DNA of 64,000 nt. Source: an uncultured Spirochaetota bacterium (GTDB taxonomy: Bacteria; Spirochaetota; Spirochaetia; SZUA-6; Fen-1364). The notes under the pieces were generated by a model. It made no database searches and was not told the origin of the DNA. It worked only from the letters and a program-made list of their open reading frames with translations. The position numbers were made by a program, and so were the translations under genes. Below, in pieces: positions 49,166-58,549 of this stretch. Location: positions 2,400,001-2,464,000 of the forward strand of contig CAWGAA010000001.1 in NCBI GenBank assembly GCA_963820525.1. The letters run 5' to 3'. The number at the start of each line of letters is the position of its first letter. Positions within the stretch are counted from its first letter, which is position 1.

Positions 49166-50008
49166 TCATTCCTTGACCGCGCCCCGGGTAAATCCCTGGA
49201 CCATGTAGCGCTGCAGCATCGTGAAGATCAGGATGGCCGGAATGCAGGCCAGGACGGCCCCGCTCATGATCTGGCCCCAGCTGATCCGTCCATGCTGACC
49301 CTGCATCAGCGCGAGTCCCACCGTGAGCAACCGCAGGTTCTCGCTGCGCGTGAAGGCGAGCGCGTAGATATACTCCCGCCACGCCAGGATGAAGGCGAAC
49401 ATGGCCACCGCCACCAGGCCCGGCGCCGACAACGGGAGGATGATGCGGAAGAGAACCTGCGAGCGCCGGCATCCGTCCATGATCGCGGCCTCCTCGAGGG
49501 ACACCGGTATCGTGTCGAAGTATCCCTTCAGCATCCAGATGGAGAACGGCAGCGCGAACGTGCCGTACGCGATGATCAGCGACAGGTGGGTGTCGATGAG
49601 CCCCAGGGTGCGCATGACGATGAACATCGGTATCACCAGCAGGACGTAGGGGAACATCTGCACGGCGATGATGAGCACGCCGAGAAATCCCCGCCCCCTG
49701 AACCGGAACCGGGAGAGGCTGTATCCGGCGAACACGGAGATGAGCAGGGCGCAGGCCGTCGTGATGACGCTCACCTTGATCGTGTTCACGTAGTACACCC
49801 CGTAGGTGGTGTGAAAGAGCATGAAGAGATAGTTATCGATGGTGGGCCGCTTCGGTATCCAGCGGGGTATCTTGGTGAAAATCTCGTCCCCCGGCTTGAA
49901 GGAGGTCGAGATCATCCACAGGAACGGGAAGGCCAGCACGAGGCTGAAGAGGGCGAGCCCGATGTATCTCCCCGTGTTCCCGATTCTCCTGCGTGCGGTA
50001 CGAGTCAC
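49166..50008 (-). CDS. Carbohydrate ABC transporter permease
   Basis: EAA motif LEEAAIMDGC; GTG start with GGAGG RBS. Confidence 0.92.
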   Translation of the reverse strand: MTRTARRRIGNTGRYIGLALFSLVLAFPFLWMISTSFKPGDEIFTKIPRWIPKRPTIDNYLFMLFHTTYGVYYVNTIKVSVITTACALLISVFAGYSLSRFRFRGRGFLGVLIIAVQMFPYVLLVIPMFIVMRTLGLIDTHLSLIIAYGTFALPFSIWMLKGYFDTIPVSLEEAAIMDGCRRSQVLFRIILPLSAPGLVAVAMFAFILAWREYIYALAFTRSENLRLLTVGLALMQGQHGRISWGQIMSGAVLACIPAILIFTMLQRYMVQGFTRGAVKE

Positions 50009-50025
50009 GACGACGCCTCCCCTTC

Positions 50026-50910
50026 CTATCGCGGATAGATGATCCGCCTGATGTAGAAACCCGTCAGCACCATCATGATGATCAACATGACGGTTGCAAC
50101 GGCTGCCGCCATGCTGAATTGAAACGCCGAAAAGAAAAGCTGGTACGTGTAGGTCGACAGGACCTGAGTGGCGTTGCCGGGACCGCCCCGGGTGAGGATG
50201 TAGGTGAGCTCGAACTGGTTGATGTTCCAGATCGTTGACAGGATGATCACGATGAACGAGATGTTGCGCAGGTGCGGGATCGTCAGGTACCTGAAGCTCT
50301 GCCACGAGTTGGCACCGTCGATGGTGGCCGCCTCGTACTCCTCGCCGGGAATCGCCTGGAGCCCGGCGAGCAGCACGATGGCCACGAAGGGGATGCCCTG
50401 CCAGATCCCCGCCGCGATGATCGCCCACATCGCGGTAGCATCCGTCGCCAGCCACGCGACGTTCTCGCGGATCAGCCCGAGGGAGATCAGGATGGAATTG
50501 AGGATTCCGTACTGTTCCTCGTAGATCCACTTCCACGTTATCGCGGCGAGGGCCGGCGGAATGACCCAGGGCGTCAGGATGATGGCGCGAAATACCGCGC
50601 GCCCGGGGATCGGCTTGTTCAAGAGGACCGCCAGGAGCAAGCCGAGCAGGTACTGGCCCACGAGCACGCTCAACGCCCACCAGATCGTGTGCCACAGCGA
50701 AAGGAGAAAGGTCTTGTCCCTCGCCAAAAGCAGGTAGTTCTTCAACCCTACAAACACGGGTGCCGGCGTGTACGCATCCCGGTTCACGAAGCTCAGGAAG
50801 ATTCCGCTCACGAGCGGGTAGAGAAGCAGAACGCCGATGAGAATGATGGCGGGCGACAGGTACGCGTAGGGCAGCGCCTTCTCTCTTCGTCGATAAGCCC
50901 ATCCCGGCAT
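50026..50910 (-). CDS. Carbohydrate ABC transporter permease
   Basis: FVGLKNY, LAGLQAIP..EYEAATIDGA, TRGGP. Confidence 0.93.
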   Translation of the reverse strand: MPGWAYRRREKALPYAYLSPAIILIGVLLLYPLVSGIFLSFVNRDAYTPAPVFVGLKNYLLLARDKTFLLSLWHTIWWALSVLVGQYLLGLLLAVLLNKPIPGRAVFRAIILTPWVIPPALAAITWKWIYEEQYGILNSILISLGLIRENVAWLATDATAMWAIIAAGIWQGIPFVAIVLLAGLQAIPGEEYEAATIDGANSWQSFRYLTIPHLRNISFIVIILSTIWNINQFELTYILTRGGPGNATQVLSTYTYQLFFSAFQFSMAAAVATVMLIIMMVLTGFYIRRIIYPR

Positions 50911-50932
50911 GCTTTTCCCCGATCGGTCAAAG

Positions 50933-50965
50933 GGAAGCGGCGCGAAGCGGGACGCGCCGCTTTCC
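50933..50965 (-). promoter_or_regulatory. Intercistronic stem-loop after the sugar-binding protein gene
   Basis: GGAAGCGGCGCG...CGCGCCGCTTTCC inverted repeat. Confidence 0.6.
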
Positions 50966-50973
50966 GTGAGAGA

Positions 50974-52314
50974 TTACTGCTGAAGCTGCGTGAGCTGGGC
51001 TTCGAGGGCGGCGAGCCCATCATCCACGCTCACCTTGCCCTGCATCATGTTCTGCACCGTCGCCCTGCCGAACAGCTCGGCGAACTGCTGCCACTTCGGT
51101 GCCATCACCAGCGGCCGGGAGAACTCCATGATGTCGAGGAAGGGCTGGAGGACCGGCTCGTAGTGAGCCTTGGCCCACGTGACGTAATCCTTGGTGAAGT
51201 TCATCCCCAGCGGGACGTACGCATACTCGTCCGCGTACGTCTTGCCTTCCTTGTACTGCGTGAGGTAGAAGAAGTTCATGAACTTGATGGCCGCGTCCTT
51301 GTTCTTCGAGGCCTTCAGGATATTCCAGGCATTGGGGAATCCCATGGTGGCGGTCTTCATGCCGGGCGCCGCGGACGGAGTCAACCCGGTGCTCCATTTC
51401 CCTTCCAGGCCCGGGGCCTTCTGCCGCAGGGCCGGGATGATCCAGTTGCCGTTGTAGATGATCGCGAAGTTGCCGAACGCGAAGCCATTGGTCACCGCTT
51501 CCCAATCCATGTTGACGATCGTCGCCGGCATGACCTTGTATTTCTGAACGAGATCGACCATGAATTGGGTGCCCTTCTTCGCCTCCGGCGAGCCGAGATC
51601 GGAGACCCATTTTCCGTTCGCGTACTTGTCGATAGGCGTGCCGGCCTGCCACATCCAGCATTCCCAGAACTGGACGGCGTTCTCGGCCTGAACGGGAACC
51701 CCGAACCCCCATTGGTCGATCACCCCGTCGCCCTTCGTCGACACGGTCAGCTTCTTCGCGGCCGCTATCAGCTCGTCCCAAGTCCTCGGATGAGACGTGA
51801 TCCCCGCCTTCTGCAGCAGGTCGTCGCGGTAGAAGAAGCCCCACGTGGCGCCGTCGGCGGGGAACCCGTCGATGCGCCCGTCGGGGGTCTGGATGACGTT
51901 GAGCGCTCCGGGAAGCAGGTTGTCCTTCAGCTTCTGCGGGATCGCGTCGGTCACATCCGCGTAGGCGCCCATGGAGCGGAACTGCGCCACCATCGTCGGG
52001 TTCGCCTCCGCGATGTCCGGCGGGGTGCCGCCCATGATGTCCACCAGGAGCTGCGCGGGGGCGTCGGTCCAGCTCACCCGGGTCTGCTCGATCTGGATGC
52101 CGGGATTCTCTTTCATGAAGCGATCGGCCGCCGCGTTGACGACATCGATCATTCCGGGAATCCACGTCATATGGAAAATCCTGATCTTGACCGGCGCCGC
52201 CGCCTGACCCGCAGGCGCAGCCTCTTGCTTCCCGCCGGCGAACACCGGCGCCGCGGCCATGAGCATGAGCAGTGCCATGCCCAGCGCGACTAAAAGTCGC
52301 ATACTGTTCTTCAT
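50974..52314 (-). CDS. Carbohydrate ABC transporter substrate-binding protein (CUT1)
   Basis: Signal peptide ending VFAGGKQE; FMKENPGIQIE, FFYRDDLLQKAG, PRTWDEL; GGAGG RBS. Confidence 0.93.
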   Translation of the reverse strand: MKNSMRLLVALGMALLMLMAAAPVFAGGKQEAAPAGQAAAPVKIRIFHMTWIPGMIDVVNAAADRFMKENPGIQIEQTRVSWTDAPAQLLVDIMGGTPPDIAEANPTMVAQFRSMGAYADVTDAIPQKLKDNLLPGALNVIQTPDGRIDGFPADGATWGFFYRDDLLQKAGITSHPRTWDELIAAAKKLTVSTKGDGVIDQWGFGVPVQAENAVQFWECWMWQAGTPIDKYANGKWVSDLGSPEAKKGTQFMVDLVQKYKVMPATIVNMDWEAVTNGFAFGNFAIIYNGNWIIPALRQKAPGLEGKWSTGLTPSAAPGMKTATMGFPNAWNILKASKNKDAAIKFMNFFYLTQYKEGKTYADEYAYVPLGMNFTKDYVTWAKAHYEPVLQPFLDIMEFSRPLVMAPKWQQFAELFGRATVQNMMQGKVSVDDGLAALEAQLTQLQQ

Positions 52315-52377
52315 ACGACCCTCCTTGCGGTATCGTTTCTGAAGAGAGGAATGCACCCACCGTGCTGCCTCTCACGT

Positions 52378-53268
52378 TCATCCATTCCCATACCCCAGCT
52401 CCTCGAGGTATCGATCCAGGATCTCGCGATGGACGCTGTCAAGGAGGAAATCCGGCCGCCGTGTCCGGGCATTGCCGATCATCCCTCTTCGCTGGAGGAA
52501 GTACTTCTCCGCGGCCAGGAAGAACTCGGCGGACTGGTCGACGTAGAAGAGGTAGGGGAGAATGCGGTTGTGCGCTTCGAACGCCTCCCGCTTCCGGCCC
52601 TCCGAGAACATCTTATATATGGCCACGAAACTGTCGGCGAGGCTGCAGCCGGGCATGACGCCGATGGCGCCGCGCTCCAGGGCCTCGAAAAACCCCAGCC
52701 CGCCCTTTCCGGCCAATACCTTGAGGCCGCCCTCGGTGAGGCGGGATACCAGGGGTCCCGCGGGCTTCGACTCGACCTTGACCAGCAGCTCCATCCCCGC
52801 CCCCCTCGCCAGCTCGAGAAACTCGAGGGCGGGGATGCTCACCTTCGTCTCCTCCGGCGCGTACTGGATGACGACGGGGATACGCACGGAGGCCATGACC
52901 GCTTTAAGGTGGCCCATGATGGCCGCCGTATCGGGGCCGGCGAAAAACGGCGGGAGGAGCATGACGGCGTCGGCGCCGGCCGCTTCCGCTTTGGAGGCTT
53001 GCGCGCAGGCGTGGATGGTCGCGTGTGCGGTCACCGAAACGATCGTCTTCACCCTCCCGCGGACGGCCGCGATGAAAAAGTCGAGGAGCTTGGACCGCTC
53101 GGCATCGGCGAGCTTGTAGAACTCGCTTCCGACGCCGAATATCGCCAGGCCGTGCACGCCGCCGCCGATCACCGTCTCGATGAGTCCCTCCATGCCGTCG
53201 AAGTCGATTCTCTCGGAGGCGTGAAACAGCGTGGGAACAACGGGACAGACACCGTGAATTTCCGTGAT
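52378..53268 (-). CDS. DHDPS/NAL-family aldolase or dehydratase (2-keto-3-deoxy sugar acid), apparent ATC start
   Basis: GVCPVVPTLF, GVGSEFYKL, GADAVMLLPP, Schiff-base VKVES, RGAIGVMPG. The conserved N-terminus lies upstream of the first ATG. Confidence 0.85.
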   Translation of the reverse strand: MTEIHGVCPVVPTLFHASERIDFDGMEGLIETVIGGGVHGLAIFGVGSEFYKLADAERSKLLDFFIAAVRGRVKTIVSVTAHATIHACAQASKAEAAGADAVMLLPPFFAGPDTAAIMGHLKAVMASVRIPVVIQYAPEETKVSIPALEFLELARGAGMELLVKVESKPAGPLVSRLTEGGLKVLAGKGGLGFFEALERGAIGVMPGCSLADSFVAIYKMFSEGRKREAFEAHNRILPYLFYVDQSAEFFLAAEKYFLQRRGMIGNARTRRPDFLLDSVHREILDRYLEELGYGNG

Positions 53269-53277
53269 CGGCTCTCC

Positions 53278-54471
53278 TTAGATCTCGACCCAGCTCGGGA
53301 CCCTGCTCCTTCTCTGGGATTCCTTGTCCACCGCGTTTCCCTCCTCGATGAACGGGAATCGCGACTCGATATCGTCGTCCACCCGCACTCCCAGCCCAAT
53401 GGCGCCGGGCAGGCCGATCGAGCCGTCCCGAACCTCGACCGGCTCTTCCAGAATGTCGTCCCGCAGAGGATTGTGGGTGCGATCGTACTCGAGGATGATG
53501 CAGTTGGCCGTCGAGACGATGAAGGCGATGTTCGCCATCAATCCCACGCCGCTTCCGAACACGTGCGGCGCGCACGGAAGCTGGTGGGCGGAGGCGAGCG
53601 CGGCGATCTTCTTGCATTCGCTGATTCCGCCGGACCGCGTCACGTCCGGCTGCACGATGTCGACGGCCCGCGGGGACAGCAGCTGCTGGAAACCGAAGCG
53701 GGTGTACTCGTTCTCTCCCGTCGCGATCGGGACCCTCGTCGCCCCGCAGAGCCTCCGGTAGCCCTCGATGTCGTCAGGATGCAATGGCTCTTCCAGCCAG
53801 AAGATCGAGAACGGCTCCAGGCGGCGCGCGACTTCCAGCGCCGTGAAATCGGACCACGGGTGGTCGGTATAGCACTGCCCCGCGTCCGTCATGATGTCGA
53901 AGCCGGGGCCCACGCTCTCACGGATGGCCCGGATTCGTTCGATATCGTCGTCCAGATCCGAGCCGATGCGGACCTTCAGGGCCGTATAGCCCTGCTCGCG
54001 GAACCCTTTGACGTCGGCGATCATATCCGGCAGCGGCTGCTCCATCCCCGCGCTCGCGTAGACCCGCGTCCGCTCGCGGCACGCTCCGCCCAGGATCCGA
54101 TAGAGGGGCTGCTTCACGAACTTGGCTGCAATGTCCCACAGGGCGATGTCCAGTCCGCTGATGATCGGCACGATCGTGCCCTTTCTCCCCCAGTGGCTGG
54201 AGCGGACGTACATCTTGTGCCAGAGCCTTTCGATATTCAGCGGATCCTCTCCCACCAGGAGCGGGACGAACTGCTCCTCGACGATGAGCTTGACCGATCG
54301 AGGAAGGAACGCCGCCTCTCCGATCTCGCCGATCCCCTCGATACCGGAATCGGTCACGATTCGAACCAGGACTGCGTTCCTCCGCAGCGTGACGCCGCCC
54401 GACCATGACCAGACTTCGCTCGGCTTGTACGAGTAGCTGAGAAGGTGAGTCCGAATGCCGATGATCTTCAT
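53278..54471 (-). CDS. Mandelate racemase/enolase-superfamily enzyme, probable sugar-acid dehydratase
   Basis: SGLDIALWDI, LKVRIG, MTDAG, WLEEP, ATGENE, QPD, APH. Confidence 0.92.
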   Translation of the reverse strand: MKIIGIRTHLLSYSYKPSEVWSWSGGVTLRRNAVLVRIVTDSGIEGIGEIGEAAFLPRSVKLIVEEQFVPLLVGEDPLNIERLWHKMYVRSSHWGRKGTIVPIISGLDIALWDIAAKFVKQPLYRILGGACRERTRVYASAGMEQPLPDMIADVKGFREQGYTALKVRIGSDLDDDIERIRAIRESVGPGFDIMTDAGQCYTDHPWSDFTALEVARRLEPFSIFWLEEPLHPDDIEGYRRLCGATRVPIATGENEYTRFGFQQLLSPRAVDIVQPDVTRSGGISECKKIAALASAHQLPCAPHVFGSGVGLMANIAFIVSTANCIILEYDRTHNPLRDDILEEPVEVRDGSIGLPGAIGLGVRVDDDIESRFPFIEEGNAVDKESQRRSRVPSWVEI

Positions 54472-55457
54472 CGCGTACCCTCCGGAAGCTCGACGGTGAC
54501 ATTCCGTTCGATGGATTCCTCCACGGCCCGCATGACCTGAAGCGTCCGGTAGGCATCACGAAGCGAGGAGAGCGGCTCCCTGCCGCCAAGGAGGCACTCC
54601 TCGACGAAGTGGCGGACCTCCCCTTCGAACATCGCGTCATACAGCGGGTAGTCCCGGGAAGATCCTCCGCCGGAGGTTCCCCTCACCGCGTCGCGCCGGG
54701 AGAAGTGCAGCCCCCCGTCGCGCCCCAGCACCTTGATCGTGAAGGTCCACGGATCGCTCGTCTCGTCTTCTCCCGCCCATGAGACGAAAAGATGCGCCAG
54801 CGCCCCGTCGGCGAACTCCGCGTTGAGGACGACCTGCTCCTCGCTTCCCTGCGGCATGCGACGGAAAGCGCTCGCGAAGCCATGCACCCGTCGGGGCGCG
54901 CCAAGGAGGGCGAGCAGGATATAGATTTCGTGGCAGAGTACCTCGCGCAGCGGACCGTGGTACTTCGAGAGGTACTCCTCGGGCATGCGGTAGATCTCGC
55001 TCATGAAGAAATAGAACGGAACCCCGATTCCCCCCTCCCGCGTGTAGCGCATCATGCGGCTGATCTCCGGAAGGTAGAGGTAGCTGTGGCCCGGAACGCA
55101 CAGAACGCCGTAGCGGCCCGCCAGCTTCTCGAGCTCGGCGATCTCTTCCAGCTCGTAGCTGACCGGTTTTTCCACCAGAACGTGCTTTCCGTGCCGCATT
55201 GCCATCTCTGCGTACGCGAAATGGGACTCCGTCGGCGTGAGCACGAATACGGCATCTATCGCGTCGAGCGCGACAAGCTGCTCGGGAGTCTCTACCGGCG
55301 TGACGCCCCAGCTTTTGGCCTTGGCCGTGATGTGCTCGATCCTTCCTCCGCTGACGGCCACCAGCGCGGCGCTCCGGCAGCGGGACAACGCGCGGAAGTG
55401 ATTGTCCGAAACCCGCCCGCAGCCGATGAACCCGACGCCCACGGGATTACGCGGCAG
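54468..55457 (-). CDS. Gfo/Idh/MocA oxidoreductase (second copy)
   Basis: VGFIGCGRV, HVLVEKPV. GAGGAGG RBS before CTG 55457; alternative start GTG 55442. Confidence 0.85.
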   Translation of the reverse strand: MPRNPVGVGFIGCGRVSDNHFRALSRCRSAALVAVSGGRIEHITAKAKSWGVTPVETPEQLVALDAIDAVFVLTPTESHFAYAEMAMRHGKHVLVEKPVSYELEEIAELEKLAGRYGVLCVPGHSYLYLPEISRMMRYTREGGIGVPFYFFMSEIYRMPEEYLSKYHGPLREVLCHEIYILLALLGAPRRVHGFASAFRRMPQGSEEQVVLNAEFADGALAHLFVSWAGEDETSDPWTFTIKVLGRDGGLHFSRRDAVRGTSGGGSSRDYPLYDAMFEGEVRHFVEECLLGGREPLSSLRDAYRTLQVMRAVEESIERNVTVELPEGTR

Positions 55458-56501
55458 TTTGCACCTCCTCGAAAGCTCCGCTGGCCAGGGAGCGGACGAC
55501 GGCCAGGGTGATCTCCGTCGCCCGGGCGCCGTCTTCCATGCCCGGTGCCGGGATGCGATCTTCGAGAAGACATCTGAGGAATTCCCCTGCAGCCGCTTCA
55601 CGCCGCCCTCGATCGGCGAATGCCACATGACGTCGGGATGCGTCATGCCCGTGACGATGTCCCCGGGATTCGCCTCGATCCCGCGCTCGCTGGTGACGGT
55701 GAGGAAGTGACGAAACTCGTCCACGTAGATGCACCCTTCGCTTCCCAGGATCTCGAACCGCTTGTCTGTCGGGCTGTCCTTGGGCAGGGCGCCGCTCATG
55801 TCCACGCATGCAAGGCCGCCGCTTTTAAGCCGGGCGACTGCCGCGAAGCTGCTCTCGAACACGGCGTCCCCGGATCCCACCTCCCTCGCGAGCCCGATGA
55901 CCTTGGTGACCTCGCTCCCGCTCACCCAGCGGATCGCGTCCCAGAGGTGAACGCTGCTTTCGATGATCAATCCTCCGCCGCGCCGGCGGTCGAAGACCCA
56001 GGCGCCATGCAGCTCACCGTGCTTTTTCATGGAAAACCTGAAGTTGGCCCTGATATAGTCGATGCTTCCCACGCGTCCCCCGTCGACGACGGCCTTCGCC
56101 TCCTGGAACGAAACGGTGAAGCGTTCGGGGAAGCACATCATCAAGCGGCTTTTGCCCGCGCCGAGGAGCGACCGGATGACGGCGAGCTCCTCCATGCTGA
56201 TCGCGAGCGGCTTCTCGCAGAGAATGTCCTTTCCCGCCTGGACGCATTCCCTGATGACCGCGGACCGCACGGTCGGGGGAGTCGCCAGATAGACCGCCTC
56301 TATGTCCCGCCGCTTCAGCATCGCGCGGTGATCCGTGTAGCAGTCGGCCCGGTGCGTCTTTTTCGCGCTCTCGAGCCGGCGCGGATCGACATCGCAGACC
56401 GCCCGCAGCTCGCACTCGTCGATCGTTTCGGCCAGGGCGGCATGGATCCGCCCCATCCATCCCATGCCGATGATCCCTATCCCAATCTTTCTCGATGCCA
56501 T
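55447..56501 (-). CDS. Gfo/Idh/MocA oxidoreductase (first copy; one-base frameshift at ~55585)
   Basis: IGIIGMGWMG, ILCEKPLA, GGGLIIESSVHLWD. The natural C-terminus EFLRCLLEDRIPAPGMEDGARATEI...* is in the adjacent frame. Confidence 0.85.
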
Positions 56502-56504
56502 GGG

Positions 56505-57515
56505 CTATTCCACGACGCGCACATGCGCAATTTCCGCTCGATTGACCACCCCGAATGAATCCCCGTTCGAGCCCGATTCGCCTTTCAAGATCCGGACAAC
56601 CGCTCGAGCGGTCTGCCGTTTCAGCTCCTCGATCGATCCCTCGGAATAGAACGCCGCGTGCGGAGTGATGATGACGTTCTCGAGGCTCAGCAGGGGATGA
56701 TCCGCCCCGATGGGTTCCTGTTCCAGCACGTCCAATCCCGCTCCGCCGAGCCGCCCGTCTCGCAGCGCCTCGAAGAGCGCCGCCTCGTCGATCACCTGAC
56801 CGCGGCTCGTGTTGACGAGAATCGCGCCGTTTTTGAGGGCGCCGAGCTCCCCGGGGCCGAGCAGATGCGCCGTCTGGGGAGTCAATGCAACGTGCACCGA
56901 GAGAACGTCGGATCGATTCAGGAGCTGGGTGAGCGGCACGGGGGTCGTTCCCTCCCAGGCGAACACCTCGGCAGGGACATACGGATCATATGCGATGCAC
57001 ACCATGCCGAATCCGTGCATCTTGCGGGCGACCAGGCGCGCGATTCCGCCATAGCCGAGCAGACCCAGCACCCTCCCCGCCAGCCGGTGGATGGGCTTCC
57101 CCACCCTGACGTCCCACCGGCCGTTCTGCACGGCGCGATGGAGCGTCTGCAATTTCCTTACGAGCGCCAGGATGAGGGCGCAGGTATGATCGGAGACCTC
57201 TTCCCGGCAGTAATCGGGGACATTGCAGACGGGGATGCCGCGATGGGAGGCGGCCTCCAAGTCGATCATATCGATGCCGACGCCGTATCGGGCGATGACC
57301 TTGCACGAGGGAAGCGAATCGATGACGGCCCGCGTGATGGGAGCGTACTGCACCAGAAGCGCGTCGGCGCCGCGCGCGGCCTCGATCACCTGCGCCTCCG
57401 TCCTGCACTGTGCGATCTCAAGCTCTGCCAGACCATCCAGCTCTTCCTGCTCTATTTCAAAGGGGCCGAGATCGCAGTCTGTCACGATTGCGCGGAAGGA
57501 CGGAGACCTTTGCAT
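56505..57515 (-). CDS. D-isomer-specific 2-hydroxyacid dehydrogenase (CtBP/PGDH-like)
   Basis: ARYGVGID, NVPDYC, GYGGIA, VNTSRG, GLDVLEQEP, TPHAAFYS. Confidence 0.92.
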   Translation of the reverse strand: MQRSPSFRAIVTDCDLGPFEIEQEELDGLAELEIAQCRTEAQVIEAARGADALLVQYAPITRAVIDSLPSCKVIARYGVGIDMIDLEAASHRGIPVCNVPDYCREEVSDHTCALILALVRKLQTLHRAVQNGRWDVRVGKPIHRLAGRVLGLLGYGGIARLVARKMHGFGMVCIAYDPYVPAEVFAWEGTTPVPLTQLLNRSDVLSVHVALTPQTAHLLGPGELGALKNGAILVNTSRGQVIDEAALFEALRDGRLGGAGLDVLEQEPIGADHPLLSLENVIITPHAAFYSEGSIEELKRQTARAVVRILKGESGSNGDSFGVVNRAEIAHVRVVE

Positions 57516-57522
57516 TGAACCC

Positions 57523-57704
57523 ATGGTAAGATATTATGATATGATTGTCAATAGGCTCGCCACAGCGGGCCCGACGCGGCCTCCTCGAGGATGCCGGAAA
57601 CCCATGATTCCCAGCTTTTATGGCCAGGAAGGGCTTTTCGGAGAGAGGCCCGGGCGGGCAGAGCCGGAGCCTTTACAACATTACATTATCATGATATCTT
57701 ACCA
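57523..57704. promoter_or_regulatory. Divergent promoters, each overlapped by an 18-bp motif TATCATRATATCTTACCA (putative FadR/GntR operator)
   Basis: Minus: TTGACA-N17-TACCAT (57551-57523). Plus: TTTACA-N17-TATCTT (57672-57700). Motif copies at 57524-57541 (-) and 57687-57704 (+) differ at one position. Confidence 0.75.
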
Positions 57705-57707
57705 CCC

Positions 57708-58496
57708 ATGCACCAATGGGGAATGGGCCTTGAGCCGATCGGCGACACCGACAAGATCCAGCAGATCGTGAAGGTGCTCCAGGACTTCATCATCGAGGGC
57801 AATCTGAAGCACGGCACCGAGCTTGAAGCGGAACGGGTCCTCGCCTCGCGCCTGGGGGTGAGCCGCTTCAGCCTGCGCGAGGCGCTGCGGGTCGCCGAAG
57901 CCCAGGGACTTATCGAAATCTCCCGCGGCCGCAGGCCCCGGGTGGCCCGGATGTCGTCGGACGCGGCGGCCAAGATGATCGCGCTCGTTCTGCGCCGGAC
58001 GAAAAAGACGCTCCTCGACCTGATCGCCGCGCGCCAAGGGCTCGAGACCCAGATCGCCCGCCTGGCGGCGTCCCATGCCGAGGAAGCGCAGATCATCGAG
58101 ATGCAGAAAACCATCGAAGCCATGGAGCGAAACCGGGACAATCCCGAGGTCTGCGTCGAGGAGGATATCAAGTTCCACGGCGCCCTGGTGCAGGCGACGG
58201 GCAACGTCGTCTTTGAAGTCATGCTTGCTCCCCTCGCCGAGCTTCTCCGGGATTCCCGCAAGGAGACGATCCGGCATGGCATCGACCGGGTCGTCGTCGG
58301 GCACAAGGCGATCCTGGCGGCGGTTCTCAAAGGAGATCCGGAAAAGGCCGCGCAGGCCATGTATCAACATCTCAAGATGGCCGAGGAGGATCTGAGGAAG
58401 AACCTGGGAAACCCGAAAACAGGAGGTCCTCGCAAGAGCGTACGAAACGGTGCGTACATCGAGAGCGGGATACGGAGGCAGAAGCCGTCCGCGTGA
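57708..58496 (+). CDS. FadR/GntR-family transcriptional regulator
   Basis: ERVLASRLGVSRFSLREAL..GLIE wHTH; FCD domain R..LE, DIKFH..L..ATGN, H..I..A. Confidence 0.93.
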   Translation: MHQWGMGLEPIGDTDKIQQIVKVLQDFIIEGNLKHGTELEAERVLASRLGVSRFSLREALRVAEAQGLIEISRGRRPRVARMSSDAAAKMIALVLRRTKKTLLDLIAARQGLETQIARLAASHAEEAQIIEMQKTIEAMERNRDNPEVCVEEDIKFHGALVQATGNVVFEVMLAPLAELLRDSRKETIRHGIDRVVVGHKAILAAVLKGDPEKAAQAMYQHLKMAEEDLRKNLGNPKTGGPRKSVRNGAYIESGIRRQKPSA

Positions 58497-58549
58497 ATCC
58501 CCTCGGACGGCGGGGCGCGCCGACGAGGAGAGAAACCCGTGGAGAGGTT

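Noticed and set aside
52378..53268. dapA (lysine biosynthesis)
   Set aside because: Lacks the GTTGE motif and lies within a sugar catabolic operon.
54468..56501. Apparent 677-aa tandem Gfo/Idh/MocA fusion
   Set aside because: Produced by a one-base indel at ~55585. The first gene's own C-terminus and stop (55447) and the second gene's RBS are both present.
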